NCBI GenBank assembly: GCA_016201265.1
Contig: JACQDD010000210.1
Span: 3,102-67,101 of the forward strand
Source of the DNA: Terriglobales bacterium
GTDB taxonomy: Bacteria; Acidobacteriota; Terriglobia; Terriglobales; Acidobacteriaceae
DNA length: 64,000 nt
Direction of reading: 5' to 3'
This document shows positions 44,112 through 54,405 of the stretch, piece after piece (position 1 is the stretch's first letter; each line of letters begins with the position of its first letter). Position numbers and translations under genes: made by a program. The notes under the pieces were generated by a model. It was not told the DNA's origin. It worked only from the letters and a program-made list of their open reading frames with translations, and searched no databases.

Positions 44112-46307
44112 TTACGGCTGCATCTGAACTTGTCCCGAATAGCTAGTTGAGCAGCCAGCACTGGTCTTAAACTGCCCGTAGACGCGGAAACTCGGCGTAC
44201 CCACCGGGAGCCGAGATGCCGTGATGTTTGATCCGTCATTTCCTGTGGGGGGACTGCAATATTCATAACCACAGTAAGAACCCGTTGCGAAGGTCCCGAC
44301 GGAGTCGAACAACGTCCACGTGTACTGACCTCCTGCAGGGTCACTTGGTTCCACCAAGAAATGCCACTGAAGAGAGTTGAGATTCCCTCCTCCGAAGAAG
44401 GAGGCAGTTCCGCAGGTGGTATATGTCTGCAACGTCCACGACCAACTGTTTGACACAACGAGCGTAACGGGCACGCTCTGGACAAGGTTTCCGCTCGTAC
44501 CGGTAATGGTGAGGGTGTAGGTCCCAAACGGAGTGTTGCTGGACGTTGAAACGTTCAACGTTGACGATCCGGCTCCGTTCGGTATGGAAGCTGGGTTGAA
44601 GCTGGCGCTTGCCCCAGTTGGCAAACCGGCCACCGTGAGACTGACAGTTCCAGTGAAACCGCAACCCGGCGTCGAGGTTACCGTGTAGTTGGCACCGTCC
44701 CCAGGATGAATCCTCTGGGAGCTAGGTGTGGCGGACAGGGAAAAATTGCCAGTATTGCTAAATTTGAAGTTGGCAATCCGTGTGTTCCAGTTGAAGCTGC
44801 CGTTCGACTTGATGTACTCCTGCGTATACCAGAAAGTGCAGTCGTCCACTGGATCGACGGCCATTGCGCTGTAATCCCCCCAGCGGCTCAGGCCGCTGGT
44901 CTGCGAACCCGTTCCGTTCACAATTAATTGCTCTGTTTCCATCGTCCCAGCCGGATCGCCTGGTATTCGTCCGGTGAAGTAGATGGAGGGGAATACCGAA
45001 CCGCTGGAAACGCTGTAGCCGAGGGCCATGTCCCCGACATGGTCCATGGCAACGCTGCCCATCCAGCGCGTATTCGAGTCCGGACTGAACGTGCCCTGCT
45101 GGAACACGGCAGGTGTTCCGTTGGGATTACGCACTTCGTACCAACGCTCGCCGGTCGTGATCGAGTGGTTCACCACTAGGGCCTCATGCCCATCGGTGAA
45201 CTTGCGATATGCCAGCCGGTACATGAGACGGTCTCCCAGAGCGTCCAGTTTTTGCGTCGTTCCCGGCTGGACCACGCACGCGGAGAAACACTGCGGAGTG
45301 AAAGCGGCTACTGACAACGTCGTGGGACCCGTAAAGGTGGAACTCGCCGGATTGGTGAAGTTCACATGGAACTTCCACAGCCGCAGCGAGCTGCTGCCGA
45401 AGTTCATGAAGAAAGCCTGCTCACCAGCAGCGGGCTGAATGGTTCCGTCCATATCGGAAGGAAGCAGGCTGCCGATCAAAGATCCTTGTTGAAAGCAGAC
45501 GATCGTGGCCGCTTGACCGGCCAGCATCTTGCTCCGGTCCATCGCGCACGCGTCAGCGCCCACAAAGCCGCCGGCGTACATGTTGAAAGAGATGTAATAC
45601 GCGTCCGGCCAGACCCCCAGCTTCGGATAATCCGGGAAGTTCGCGAATTGGAAGGCGTACCGATTGTAAGTGCCGGTGGCGTCGGAGGTGGTCGAAACCG
45701 CCACGCACTGCAGGTATGGCGTCGTGCTGACGGAGAACTGCGTGAAGATCCAACGGTTCGCTATTTTGTCGTACTGTACGATTGGGTCACCGTCGTTGTT
45801 AGACTGACATCCGCCACCGAAGCCTGCCCAAAGGGCATTTCCTGGCGTCGGTCCGGCTACCAGTGCGCCGGAGGTCTTGCTAAAAACTGCAAACTCGGCA
45901 TTGACCCACTGGACATATTGGGTCGCCCCCACCGTTCCGTTAGTATCCGGCGGTGCGTATTGCATGAGGAACCCGTATTGTCCGAGACCCAGACCTTCAA
46001 AATTCAGTCCTAAGGTCGCTGCCACTGGTGCCAGAACTTTTTGCTGCAGGGCCGCGTCCGGGGCTGCGTATTGGGGCATTTCCGTGGCTGGTCCCGTAGG
46101 GAGCACTTTCAACACACGCGGTGAAAACTGATTTGGCTGCGCCGGTGTCAATCTCGCGAGATCCGCCAGCGGAGGCGAGACGTCATGCTTCACTTCCCTA
46201 ATTACATGCAACGTCGGCTGGGCTACCGCCGACACCTGGAGCATTGTGAAAAACATCACGGCAACACAGAACGCCGCGCAAAAGGGAGGAGAGTTCCTTC
46301 TGTCCAT
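44112..46307 (-). CDS. Secreted hypothetical protein (propeller-like N-terminal region + C-terminal Ig-like domains)
   Basis: 731 aa with a signal peptide. I recall the conserved-looking blocks PPDTNGTVGATQYVQWVN, DPIVQYDKIANRW and RWGDYSAMAVDP from uncharacterised proteins. The Ig-like segment is TGTVSLTVAGLPTGASASFNPASI...YTLTITGTS. Confidence 0.72.
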   Translation of the reverse strand: MDRRNSPPFCAAFCVAVMFFTMLQVSAVAQPTLHVIREVKHDVSPPLADLARLTPAQPNQFSPRVLKVLPTGPATEMPQYAAPDAALQQKVLAPVAATLGLNFEGLGLGQYGFLMQYAPPDTNGTVGATQYVQWVNAEFAVFSKTSGALVAGPTPGNALWAGFGGGCQSNNDGDPIVQYDKIANRWIFTQFSVSTTPYLQCVAVSTTSDATGTYNRYAFQFANFPDYPKLGVWPDAYYISFNMYAGGFVGADACAMDRSKMLAGQAATIVCFQQGSLIGSLLPSDMDGTIQPAAGEQAFFMNFGSSSLRLWKFHVNFTNPASSTFTGPTTLSVAAFTPQCFSACVVQPGTTQKLDALGDRLMYRLAYRKFTDGHEALVVNHSITTGERWYEVRNPNGTPAVFQQGTFSPDSNTRWMGSVAMDHVGDMALGYSVSSGSVFPSIYFTGRIPGDPAGTMETEQLIVNGTGSQTSGLSRWGDYSAMAVDPVDDCTFWYTQEYIKSNGSFNWNTRIANFKFSNTGNFSLSATPSSQRIHPGDGANYTVTSTPGCGFTGTVSLTVAGLPTGASASFNPASIPNGAGSSTLNVSTSSNTPFGTYTLTITGTSGNLVQSVPVTLVVSNSWSWTLQTYTTCGTASFFGGGNLNSLQWHFLVEPSDPAGGQYTWTLFDSVGTFATGSYCGYEYCSPPTGNDGSNITASRLPVGTPSFRVYGQFKTSAGCSTSYSGQVQMQP

Positions 46308-46401
46308 AGCGACCTCCGATAGTCACTGAGTTCTCAATGGGGGGAGCAAGACCGGGCGATGAACTACAGTTCACCGACCGTGAGTAGCTCGCGATAAAGG
46401 C

Positions 46402-49400
46402 CTAAAAGTTGAGCCGCGCTTGGAATTCAACCACGCGGCCGGCGAAAGCACCACCAGCCGTTCCAAAGTGGTTGTCCCTGATATTCGTGCTCGGAGTGCT
46501 GTACCCGAATCCGTTCAGGTTCAGCTTGTTGAACAAGTTGAAGAAGTTCGCCCGGAAATCGATCCTGGCCCCTTCACCGGTGATGAACGGCACGCGCGTT
46601 TCCTTGCCGAGACTCACGTCGAACGCCTGGTAACGCGGACCGCGGAACGAATTCCGTTTCACAAACGGTGGACCCGAACTGGTCATGTCAAAATATGCCG
46701 AGCCTCCATTCGGGAAATTGCCGCCTGGCTTTTGGAAGGTCGAAGTGCTGTAGTCCTGACCAGCGCCGCCCAAGTAGGCTTTTGGCAGCGAAGGACAGAT
46801 ATTGTTTGTGCCGCTCGGCACCGGCGGGCAGCCCCATCCCATTACGGCGCTCCACGGGAACCCGGAATGGAACTGGAAGGTAGGATCAATGTGCCAGCCG
46901 CCAAGGAGTTTGTATGTCCAACTGTCCTTGCTCCCCGGGAACGGGAGATCCCACAGAGCAGAGAGCGAGAAGCTATGGGTGGCGTCAAAATCCGACGGAC
47001 CAAAGTCGCCCGCATTCTGGTTGAGCGGATAGAACTGGTTGGTGTAGCCACCCGCGCCTTCGCCGGTGACCGTGTCCATACTCTTGCTCCAGCGATACTT
47101 CGCGAACATCTGTACCCCATGGGAAAAGTTGCGTTTCAGATTCGCCAGCAGCGCGTTGTAGTGGGCTTTGGCGTCGGTGGATGGGAAGTACACGGCACCG
47201 TAGTGCGCGTTCGCGTGTTGGTAGACGTTTTCGAGGTTGACGATTCTCAGAATCCGGTGACTGGAACTGCCCTGATAGCCCAGCGTGGCCACGAAATCGT
47301 GCGGCAGTTCATATTGGAAATCCAGGGAGTAGCTATACACGTAGGGTGTGCTGAAGTTTTGCGGTGCTCCCCAGATCTCCACTTTCCCGTAAGGGCCTCC
47401 GGTATTGGGATCAAAAGCCAGGGCCGGATTCGCAGGATAGCCAGTGATCGAATGCTGGCTGGAGCCCTGCACAACCACGATTTGGTTGCCGACACCGTTG
47501 GGAGCATAGGGGAGGGCCATCCAGCAGTTGGCCAGCAGGTCGTAAGTGTTGACGGCGTCTGCCGAGCACTTGTCAGTGGGGATGGAGCTCGTGCCTGCAG
47601 CGGCGCAACAGATACCATAACGGAAGACAAAGGGCGCATTTACGCGGCTGATACCGGTCATGGTATCCGTAATCCGGTTGTAGCCAACGCCAAAGCCACC
47701 CCGGAAAACGGCCCTGTTACTGAATTTAGACGGGCTCCAGGCAAAACCGAGGCGCGGACTGAAGTTGTTCTTGTCGGACGGGTAGAGAGGGTTCGAAACC
47801 TTTACCGTAGCGTTCGCTAGGCCGTCCACATAGTCACTCACCGGATTCAGGAATAAGTTGGCCAGCTGACCGTGCTTGTCGGAAAGCGGACTGAAATATT
47901 CGTAGCGCAGCCCGATGTTTATGGTGAGGTTCGAGCGCAGTTTGAGGTCATCCTGAATGAACCATGCGATATCGTGTTGCCGGAAATACTTGTGATTATC
48001 AGTAAACGCTCCGGTAATCGGGTTCGCGTTCACGCCTTCATAAATAGGAGCACCGTTAGCTAGTTCCCAGATCCCATGGTAAGCGTAGATCGGACGCTGG
48101 TCACCGAACATATAGTCGGTATTGTCCTGGATCCAGTTATAGTTGAAACCAGCCTTCAGGCCATGACGGCCGTGAACTTTACTGAGGACATCGCGGAACT
48201 CAAACTGGTTTTGGGCAAACACTCCCGGCGAGTTATCCCCCTGAGGGGGTCCCCAGAAGTTCACGTCCAAAGGTATGCCCTCCAACTTCATCTCTGGCAG
48301 ACCCCAATCAAGCTGGGAGTTGATCTTGTATTCGTTGTTGCTCCAGCGAGTAGCATTGAAACGCGCCTCGTTCAGTAGGCTGGGCGAGAAGTTCCGGTTC
48401 CACAGAAACGTCACGAGACCGTTGCGCCATTTCGAGTTAATGTCCTGGTTCACACGGGCATTACCCGTGCTCGGTTGCGTGTAGTCATATGGCGTGAGGT
48501 AAAAGCTGCCCGCAAACTGGTTCTTGCCGTGGTTGAAGTCGATGCGCGTGTTGTACTGGTTTCCGCTTAGCGTACTGGGGTTGAGAAAGAGGACCTTTTG
48601 CATGTCGGGAACGCCATCGAATCCGCCGGCGGTGGTGTCACTCACGCAGCAGGTGTTCTGGAGAATGTTCCAGGTCGGAACATATTGGCCATAGGTCCAC
48701 GTGGGATCAGCACCGGTGATGCCGAGCCCGCCAAGGTCCACGCCGCCAGAGATCACCTGGCACCCAGAGCCATCCGCACCCTGGACCTCTCCCGGTGAAT
48801 AGGTATAGTTGGGCCATTGCCCCTTGAAGTCATTGCAATCCGGCGTGAGTACCTGCAGGATGCGTGGCTGGTTGTTCGTCGCCGTGAGGAGTGCAGTCTC
48901 GACGGAGTTGGGGCGTGTGTTCTTCATGAAGTCCACAAACTGCTGAGCCTCGATGTACTGAGTCTTGTTGGTGCTGCTGTGTTTCCGGTTTCCCTCGTAG
49001 GAAAAGAAAAAGAAGATCTTATCTTTCCAGATCGGGCCACCGATACTGCCGCCGAACTGGCGGTTCTTGTTGCTGACGCGCTCAGTACAGTTATGCGGGG
49101 TGTCTGCCGGACAGGTGCCATCCGCCAGACGGCCGTCCGAGTATCCACCCCAGCGGCTGTAGGCGTTCAACCCTGGCTCATCGTAATCGAAGAAGCCTGA
49201 GCCGTGGAACTGGTTGGTGCCGGTCTTCGAAATCGCTTTGATCTGAGCGCCAGTGTTGCGTCCGTCTTCAGCCGAGTAGTCGGTGGAGAGAATCTTCACT
49301 TCGGCGATAGACTCCTGGTTTGGAGTCAGGACGGCAGCGCCGCCCCAGGTGAGACTGTTGACGCTGGCGCCGTCAATCGTGAAGTTGTTGCCGCTGGGAC

Positions 49401-50019
49401 GCTGGCCGTTGGCGGTGACCTGCACCACGTTTTCCACCGAAAAAATAGAGTTCGTGGAAGCGCCCGGACCGGACGTATTGTAGAAGTTCGCCGCCGAGCC
49501 GATTCCGGTGCGCGCGCCGTCCCCGAACACACCAGGCGCCAGCCGCAGCAGTTCATACGGGTCGCGCCCGTAGGAAGGCATCCGCTGAATGTCTTTGGCG
49601 GTAATTTCGGCGCTGATGTTCGCATTCTCGGTCTCCGCGCCGGCGGCTGTCACCGTCACCGTCACCGTCTCCATCACCCCGCCCGGTTCCAGCGTCACAT
49701 TCAGGCCGCGCACGCTCTCGGCCACAACCTGCACCTCCTTGGCGGTGCTCTTCTTGAAGTGCCCCGAGGTGACTTCGACCGTATAGACGCCGGGAATCAG
49801 CGCCGAAACGCGATAGAAGCCGGTATCGCCCGCAACCGTGGACCGGCTCACGCCCGTCGCCTGGTTGGTAACCGTGATGGTGGCGCCGGGGACGACGGCG
49901 CCGCTCTTGTCACTGATGGTTCCCTGGATGCTCGCGCCATACTGCGCCATCATGGACGCAGAGAGCAACAACACGAGCGACAGCAGCATGGCACATCGCA
50001 GAACGTGGGTACGGCTCAT
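46402..50019 (-). CDS. TonB-dependent receptor with N-terminal carboxypeptidase-regulatory-like domain
   Basis: The ATG at 50019 follows GGAGG. It has a signal peptide, then IQGTISDKSGAVVPGATITVTNQATG (CarboxypepD_reg), a plug region, and a large barrel ending FQARLNF. Confidence 0.9.
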   Translation of the reverse strand: MSRTHVLRCAMLLSLVLLLSASMMAQYGASIQGTISDKSGAVVPGATITVTNQATGVSRSTVAGDTGFYRVSALIPGVYTVEVTSGHFKKSTAKEVQVVAESVRGLNVTLEPGGVMETVTVTVTAAGAETENANISAEITAKDIQRMPSYGRDPYELLRLAPGVFGDGARTGIGSAANFYNTSGPGASTNSIFSVENVVQVTANGQRPSGNNFTIDGASVNSLTWGGAAVLTPNQESIAEVKILSTDYSAEDGRNTGAQIKAISKTGTNQFHGSGFFDYDEPGLNAYSRWGGYSDGRLADGTCPADTPHNCTERVSNKNRQFGGSIGGPIWKDKIFFFFSYEGNRKHSSTNKTQYIEAQQFVDFMKNTRPNSVETALLTATNNQPRILQVLTPDCNDFKGQWPNYTYSPGEVQGADGSGCQVISGGVDLGGLGITGADPTWTYGQYVPTWNILQNTCCVSDTTAGGFDGVPDMQKVLFLNPSTLSGNQYNTRIDFNHGKNQFAGSFYLTPYDYTQPSTGNARVNQDINSKWRNGLVTFLWNRNFSPSLLNEARFNATRWSNNEYKINSQLDWGLPEMKLEGIPLDVNFWGPPQGDNSPGVFAQNQFEFRDVLSKVHGRHGLKAGFNYNWIQDNTDYMFGDQRPIYAYHGIWELANGAPIYEGVNANPITGAFTDNHKYFRQHDIAWFIQDDLKLRSNLTINIGLRYEYFSPLSDKHGQLANLFLNPVSDYVDGLANATVKVSNPLYPSDKNNFSPRLGFAWSPSKFSNRAVFRGGFGVGYNRITDTMTGISRVNAPFVFRYGICCAAAGTSSIPTDKCSADAVNTYDLLANCWMALPYAPNGVGNQIVVVQGSSQHSITGYPANPALAFDPNTGGPYGKVEIWGAPQNFSTPYVYSYSLDFQYELPHDFVATLGYQGSSSHRILRIVNLENVYQHANAHYGAVYFPSTDAKAHYNALLANLKRNFSHGVQMFAKYRWSKSMDTVTGEGAGGYTNQFYPLNQNAGDFGPSDFDATHSFSLSALWDLPFPGSKDSWTYKLLGGWHIDPTFQFHSGFPWSAVMGWGCPPVPSGTNNICPSLPKAYLGGAGQDYSTSTFQKPGGNFPNGGSAYFDMTSSGPPFVKRNSFRGPRYQAFDVSLGKETRVPFITGEGARIDFRANFFNLFNKLNLNGFGYSTPSTNIRDNHFGTAGGAFAGRVVEFQARLNF

Positions 50020-50142
50020 GGCAGCCTCCGAAGCAATTTCTTCCAATTTTTGGATTTATCAGACCGCGGAATCTATGGTTTCCTAAAACACTACTAAACT
50101 GATTTAGTACACGCTCGGCCTTATAGCATTGTTTCCCGCAGC

Positions 50143-51294
50143 GTGTCAAGAGTTTCCCGCGCCGGCCAAAACAACCGGCCAACAACCCCCTTGCTCTTGC
50201 CTCTTCGGCTGTGCGAGACTGCGCCCGTGCCCCCTCGCAAGAAGCCCGGCCGAATCGCGCCGGGAGGCGACGGCCGCCCCAAGCCGCGAGTTACGCTCAA
50301 GGTCCTGGCGGACCACCTTGGTCTTTCGCCGGCCACGGTTTCGCTCGTCATGAATCAGGCCCCGGTGGCCGATACCATCCCCCGGGCGACCCAGGAGCGT
50401 ATTTTCGCCGCCGCCCGGGAACTGAACTACCGTCCCAGTTTCGCCGCGCGCTTTGCCCGCACTCAGCGCAGCTTTACCGTCGGCGTGATCGTTCCCGAGG
50501 TCAGCGAAGGCTATGCCGCCCTGGTCATGAGCGGGATCGAGGACCATCTGCTCAAGGAAGGTTATTTCTACCTGGTGGCCAGCCATCGCCACCGCGACGA
50601 CCTGATTGATGAATATCCCAACCTGCTGCTGGGGCGCTCGGTGGACGGGTTGATCGCCGTGGACACGCCATGGCGTCACCAGCTACCCATTCCGGTGGTG
50701 ACCGTCTCCGGCCATAACGGGTCGAATGGTGTCACCAACATTCTGCTCGACCATAAGCATGCCGCCGAACTGGCGCTGCGCCACTTGCAGCAACTCGGCC
50801 ACGAACGCATCGCCGTCATCAAGGGACAGGAGTTCAGTTCCGATACTGAGGTCCGGTGGAAGTCGATTGCCGACGCCGCCGCGCGCCTCGGTCTGCGGTT
50901 GTACCCCAACTTGACGGTGCAACTGCAGAGCGACCTGGCCGGCCCGCAGCTCGGCTATCGCGTAACCAAGCGCCTGCTGGAACGAAAAGAAAAATTCACG
51001 GCCCTGTTCGCGTTCAATGACATCTCCGCCATCGGCGCGATCGGAGCCTTGCGGGACTCAAAGCTGGAAGTCCCCAGGGACGTCTCGGTGGTGGGTTTTG
51101 ACGACATTCAGAGCGCGGCGTTTCAGAATCCGCGGCTGACGACCATCCGCCAGCCGTTGCGGAAAATGGGGATGGTTGCCGCCGAGAATCTGCTGCGCCG
51201 CATCGCCCGGCCGGATGATGATTCTTACCCACGCGAGATTGTGGTGGAGCCGGAGCTGGTGGTGCGCGAATCCACCGCGCGCGCGGCTGGCTAG
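50143..51294 (+). CDS. LacI family transcriptional regulator
   Basis: It has the HTH VTLKVLADHLGLSPATVSLVMNQ and a periplasmic-binding-protein-like effector domain. The start is uncertain: GTG at 50143 or in-frame GTG at 50227. Confidence 0.85.
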   Translation: MSRVSRAGQNNRPTTPLLLPLRLCETAPVPPRKKPGRIAPGGDGRPKPRVTLKVLADHLGLSPATVSLVMNQAPVADTIPRATQERIFAAARELNYRPSFAARFARTQRSFTVGVIVPEVSEGYAALVMSGIEDHLLKEGYFYLVASHRHRDDLIDEYPNLLLGRSVDGLIAVDTPWRHQLPIPVVTVSGHNGSNGVTNILLDHKHAAELALRHLQQLGHERIAVIKGQEFSSDTEVRWKSIADAAARLGLRLYPNLTVQLQSDLAGPQLGYRVTKRLLERKEKFTALFAFNDISAIGAIGALRDSKLEVPRDVSVVGFDDIQSAAFQNPRLTTIRQPLRKMGMVAAENLLRRIARPDDDSYPREIVVEPELVVRESTARAAG

Positions 51295-51333
51295 CTCATT
51301 GTAAGAGTTTCTGTGGGAACAGATTGTCCCGCG

Positions 51334-51429
51334 ATTTTCTCGGCGTCCTCCGCGATTTTTTCTCCGCGCTCCCTGCGGTTAAAGCTTTTGACCGCCGAGG
51401 ACGCAGAGGTCCCGCAGAGTTCGCTGGAA
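51334..51429. repeat. Dispersed REP-like element, copy B (CTCCGCGCTCCCTGCGGTTAAAGCTTTTGACCGCCGAGGACGCAGAGG)
   Basis: The palindrome is centred on AAAGCTTT. The core at 51381-51426 is about 85-88% identical to 6336-6382. Confidence 0.8.
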
Positions 51430-51444
51430 CCGGCTTCCGTTTTC

Positions 51445-52356
51445 TCACTTGCTCGCGGCTGATTGGGCCGTGCCGAACACGGCATCCACCGTCGCTACAA
51501 TCTGTTCCATGGCGCCGTCGATATCCATGGTGAAGCGAGCCAGGTCCATGTCAGCAAGCGCGGGATGGGTCTTCGCCAGAGTTTGCCACGCCAATTCGCC
51601 GCCCAGCTCCATCCCCATGATCTCGTCGTAACCGTAACCCAGGTAGCGCACGCGGCAGAGCAGATCGCCTAAGTGAACCAGGCAAACCAGGGGCTGTGGG
51701 GCCGGCAGGAGTTCCACATTGTGGTGACCGTAAGCGACGTCGGACAAATCCCGCGGCAGTCCCCAGTGCTCAGCCAGCATCTTTCCGCTCTCGCAATGCG
51801 TGAACCCCAGGATCTCCTCTTCGCACAGATGGAGGGCGCGGCGCTGCTCGGTGGCCGACTGCAGGCACTTGCGAAAATCTTTGGTACAGAGCAACGAATT
51901 CACCAGAATGCCCAGGTCATGTAGCAATCCTCCCAGGTAGGCCTTTTCGGGTTCGGCATAACCGATTCGTTGCGCCATTCGTTGCGTGACTAGAGCACAG
52001 CCCAGGGAATGCCGCCAGAACGCGACCGGCTCGAACACCCACTTGTCTTTCGGTATCACCCGATTGATGCACAATCCGAACAGCATGGACCGCACTCTTT
52101 GCAGGCCGAGCGCCATGACCGCAGCGCGCACCGTTTCCACCTCGCGGCATCCGAACAGGGGAGAATTCGCCATGCGCAAGCACTGGGCCGCGATGGCTCC
52201 GTCGTAGGAAACCAGCTCCACTACCTTGTCGAAGCTGATTTTCTCGGCCGGCATACGCAGAATCTCGAGGAGCGGCTGCAGGATTACGGGCGCCGTCGAA
52301 ATCGAATCCAGCTTCTTGACCTGCTCCTGCAGTTTTTCGAGCTTTTGGGCGGTCAT
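51445..52356 (-). CDS. HDOD domain protein
   Basis: The ATG at 52356 overlaps the cheR TGA (ATGA) and follows GGTGGAGG. PVILQPLLEIL...DGAIAAQCLRMANSPLFG...AFWRHSLGCALV...LGGLLHDLGILV is the HDOD pattern. Confidence 0.85.
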   Translation of the reverse strand: MTAQKLEKLQEQVKKLDSISTAPVILQPLLEILRMPAEKISFDKVVELVSYDGAIAAQCLRMANSPLFGCREVETVRAAVMALGLQRVRSMLFGLCINRVIPKDKWVFEPVAFWRHSLGCALVTQRMAQRIGYAEPEKAYLGGLLHDLGILVNSLLCTKDFRKCLQSATEQRRALHLCEEEILGFTHCESGKMLAEHWGLPRDLSDVAYGHHNVELLPAPQPLVCLVHLGDLLCRVRYLGYGYDEIMGMELGGELAWQTLAKTHPALADMDLARFTMDIDGAMEQIVATVDAVFGTAQSAASK

Positions 52357-53324
52357 TTCTTGCCTCCACCGGCGGCGCCGGCCAGCGCCTTGCAGTACGC
52401 GGTCGCCCCGGGGAAATGGACCAGGCGAAAGGTGTCGTCCACCTGAAACAGCGATTCGGCGTGTCCCAGGAAGAGGTAGCCGTTGGGCAGCAGGTTGGAA
52501 TAAAAGTGCTGCACCACCCGGCGCTTCGACGCCAGATCGAAATAGATCAGCACATTGCAGCAAAAGATCACGTCCATGCCTTTCAGAAACACCATCTTGC
52601 TGTCATCGCTGAGGTTGACCCGGTCAAAGCGAATCTGCGATTTGAGTTGGTCGGTGACCTGCAGTCTCTTTTCGTCGTGGACCTTGAAGTATTTTCTTCG
52701 CAGCAGTTCGCTGGTGTTGCGCAACGCGTACTCGCCGTAAATACCCGCCTTGGCAGCTTCCAGCGAGTTGTCGTTCAGGTCGGTGGCCAGAATGTCGAAG
52801 CTCCAGCCAGCCAGCAGTTTCTCGCTTTCTTCCAGCAAAAACATGGCCAGCGTGTAGGGCTCCTCTCCGGTCGAGCAACCGGCGTTCCAGAAGCGCAGGC
52901 GCTTGAAACCCATCGCGCTCTTGGCTTGCACGATCTGGGGAAGAATCACGTTGCGCAGCGCCTCCAGATGCGGAGGACTGCGGAACATGTAGGTCTCGCC
53001 AATGGTGATTTCGTTCAACAGCAGGCGCAGCTCGGCGTCGCGGTTTCCGCGCAGCGTGAGGTGCTCGAGATACTCCGAGGCGGTCTTCGCGCCGACCACG
53101 CTCATGCGGCGGGCAGATCGCGATACCAGGAGATAGAGTTTTTCTTCCGGCTGATAGATGCCCGACATCCGGTAGATCAGATCGCGAATCTTCAAGTACG
53201 CCGGATCGCTGGAAACGGGTTCCGGAATTGCCGTCGGCATCGCTTTTGCGGCTTCGATCGCCATGGTCGTGTCTTTCGCCGGCCCCTGCTTCCCGGCATG
53301 GGGTTCTTGCCTCCCGGCGCTCAT
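52353..53324 (-). CDS. cheR: Chemotaxis protein methyltransferase CheR
   Basis: It has [27 protein letters not shown] and [13 protein letters not shown]. The ATG at 53324 overlaps the cheB TGA (ATGA); ATG at 53264 is the alternative. The longer track ORF overlaps cheB and is rejected. Confidence 0.9.
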   Translation of the reverse strand: MSAGRQEPHAGKQGPAKDTTMAIEAAKAMPTAIPEPVSSDPAYLKIRDLIYRMSGIYQPEEKLYLLVSRSARRMSVVGAKTASEYLEHLTLRGNRDAELRLLLNEITIGETYMFRSPPHLEALRNVILPQIVQAKSAMGFKRLRFWNAGCSTGEEPYTLAMFLLEESEKLLAGWSFDILATDLNDNSLEAAKAGIYGEYALRNTSELLRRKYFKVHDEKRLQVTDQLKSQIRFDRVNLSDDSKMVFLKGMDVIFCCNVLIYFDLASKRRVVQHFYSNLLPNGYLFLGHAESLFQVDDTFRLVHFPGATAYCKALAGAAGGGKK

Positions 53325-54385
53325 CGGGCGAGCGAAGCGAGGCGGCTGCAAGCCACCCGCCGCACCACCTCCGCGCCAATCTCGCCCAGCGGGCAAATGC
53401 GGTCGGCCTGGCCGGCCGCAACCACATTTCCGGGCATACCCCAGACGACCGAAGTGGCTTCGTCCTGGACGACCACTTCTCCGCCCGCCTCCCGGATGAC
53501 CCCCGCCCCCCGCGTGCCGTCCGCCCCCATACCGGTAAGCACCACCGCCAGCGCGTTCGCGCCGTAGGCCTGGGCAACCGAGCGAAACAACACGTCCACT
53601 GCCGGCCGGCAGGAATTTTCCGGCGGCTCCTGATCGAGATTCAGCACTACTTCCGTTCCCTTCCGCGCCACGGTCATGTGATAGTCGCCGCGCGCGATCC
53701 ACACCTGTCCTGGTTCGAGCGTCTTCCCGGCCTCTCCTTCCCGCACCGTGAGCACGGAGCGAGAATCCAGACGCTCGGCCAGCAGGCGCGTGAACAGCGG
53801 TGGCGTGTGCTGCACGATCACCACGGGCACGGGAAAATCTTCCGGGAGGTGCGGAATCACCGCCGCCAACGCGTTGGGCCCCCCGGTGGAGGTCCCAATC
53901 GCGAGAATGTCGATGCGTTGACCACCCGGTTTTCTCTTGAGCGGGGAGACGGTCAGCGCGGGCACAGCAGGGCTGCGCCGGCCCGCCAGGGAAATGATCT
54001 TGGCGACTAGCTCCTGCCGTACCTGCTCCATCGCGCTGGCCAGACTTTCACTATTGCTCGGCTTCGTCGCGTAATCGGAAGCGCCCAGCGACAACGCCTC
54101 CAGCGTGATGGCTGCTCCCCGTTCGGTCAGGGTGCTGAACATGATCACCGGCAACTTGGGGTACAGCTTGCGGATCTCCACCAGGGTCTGGATCCCATTC
54201 AACCCGGGCATCTCGATGTCCAGCGTGATCACGTCCGGATTCAATTGCGGAATCTTGGCCAGAGCGATCGCCCCGCTGGAAGCCGTTCCGGCGACCGTGA
54301 TTTCCGCGCTGGCGGCGAGGGCTTCGCACAACAGCTTACGCACGACCACGGAATCGTCCACGATTAGAACCCGAACCGGTAGCAT
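53321..54385 (-). CDS. cheB: Protein-glutamate methylesterase CheB (REC + methylesterase)
   Basis: 354 aa. It has [12 protein letters not shown]...[14 protein letters not shown] (REC) and [10 protein letters not shown]...VQHTPP...LTGMGADG (catalytic Ser-His-Asp regions). Confidence 0.92.
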   Translation of the reverse strand: MLPVRVLIVDDSVVVRKLLCEALAASAEITVAGTASSGAIALAKIPQLNPDVITLDIEMPGLNGIQTLVEIRKLYPKLPVIMFSTLTERGAAITLEALSLGASDYATKPSNSESLASAMEQVRQELVAKIISLAGRRSPAVPALTVSPLKRKPGGQRIDILAIGTSTGGPNALAAVIPHLPEDFPVPVVIVQHTPPLFTRLLAERLDSRSVLTVREGEAGKTLEPGQVWIARGDYHMTVARKGTEVVLNLDQEPPENSCRPAVDVLFRSVAQAYGANALAVVLTGMGADGTRGAGVIREAGGEVVVQDEATSVVWGMPGNVVAAGQADRICPLGEIGAEVVRRVACSRLASLAR

Positions 54386-54405
54386 GGGATGTTCACTTTT
54401 TTGCC

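Noticed and set aside
52353-53702. 449-aa version of the cheR ORF
   Set aside because: The first roughly 126 codons overlap cheB in a different frame and are Gly/Arg-rich. CheR homology starts after the ATG at 53324 or 53264.
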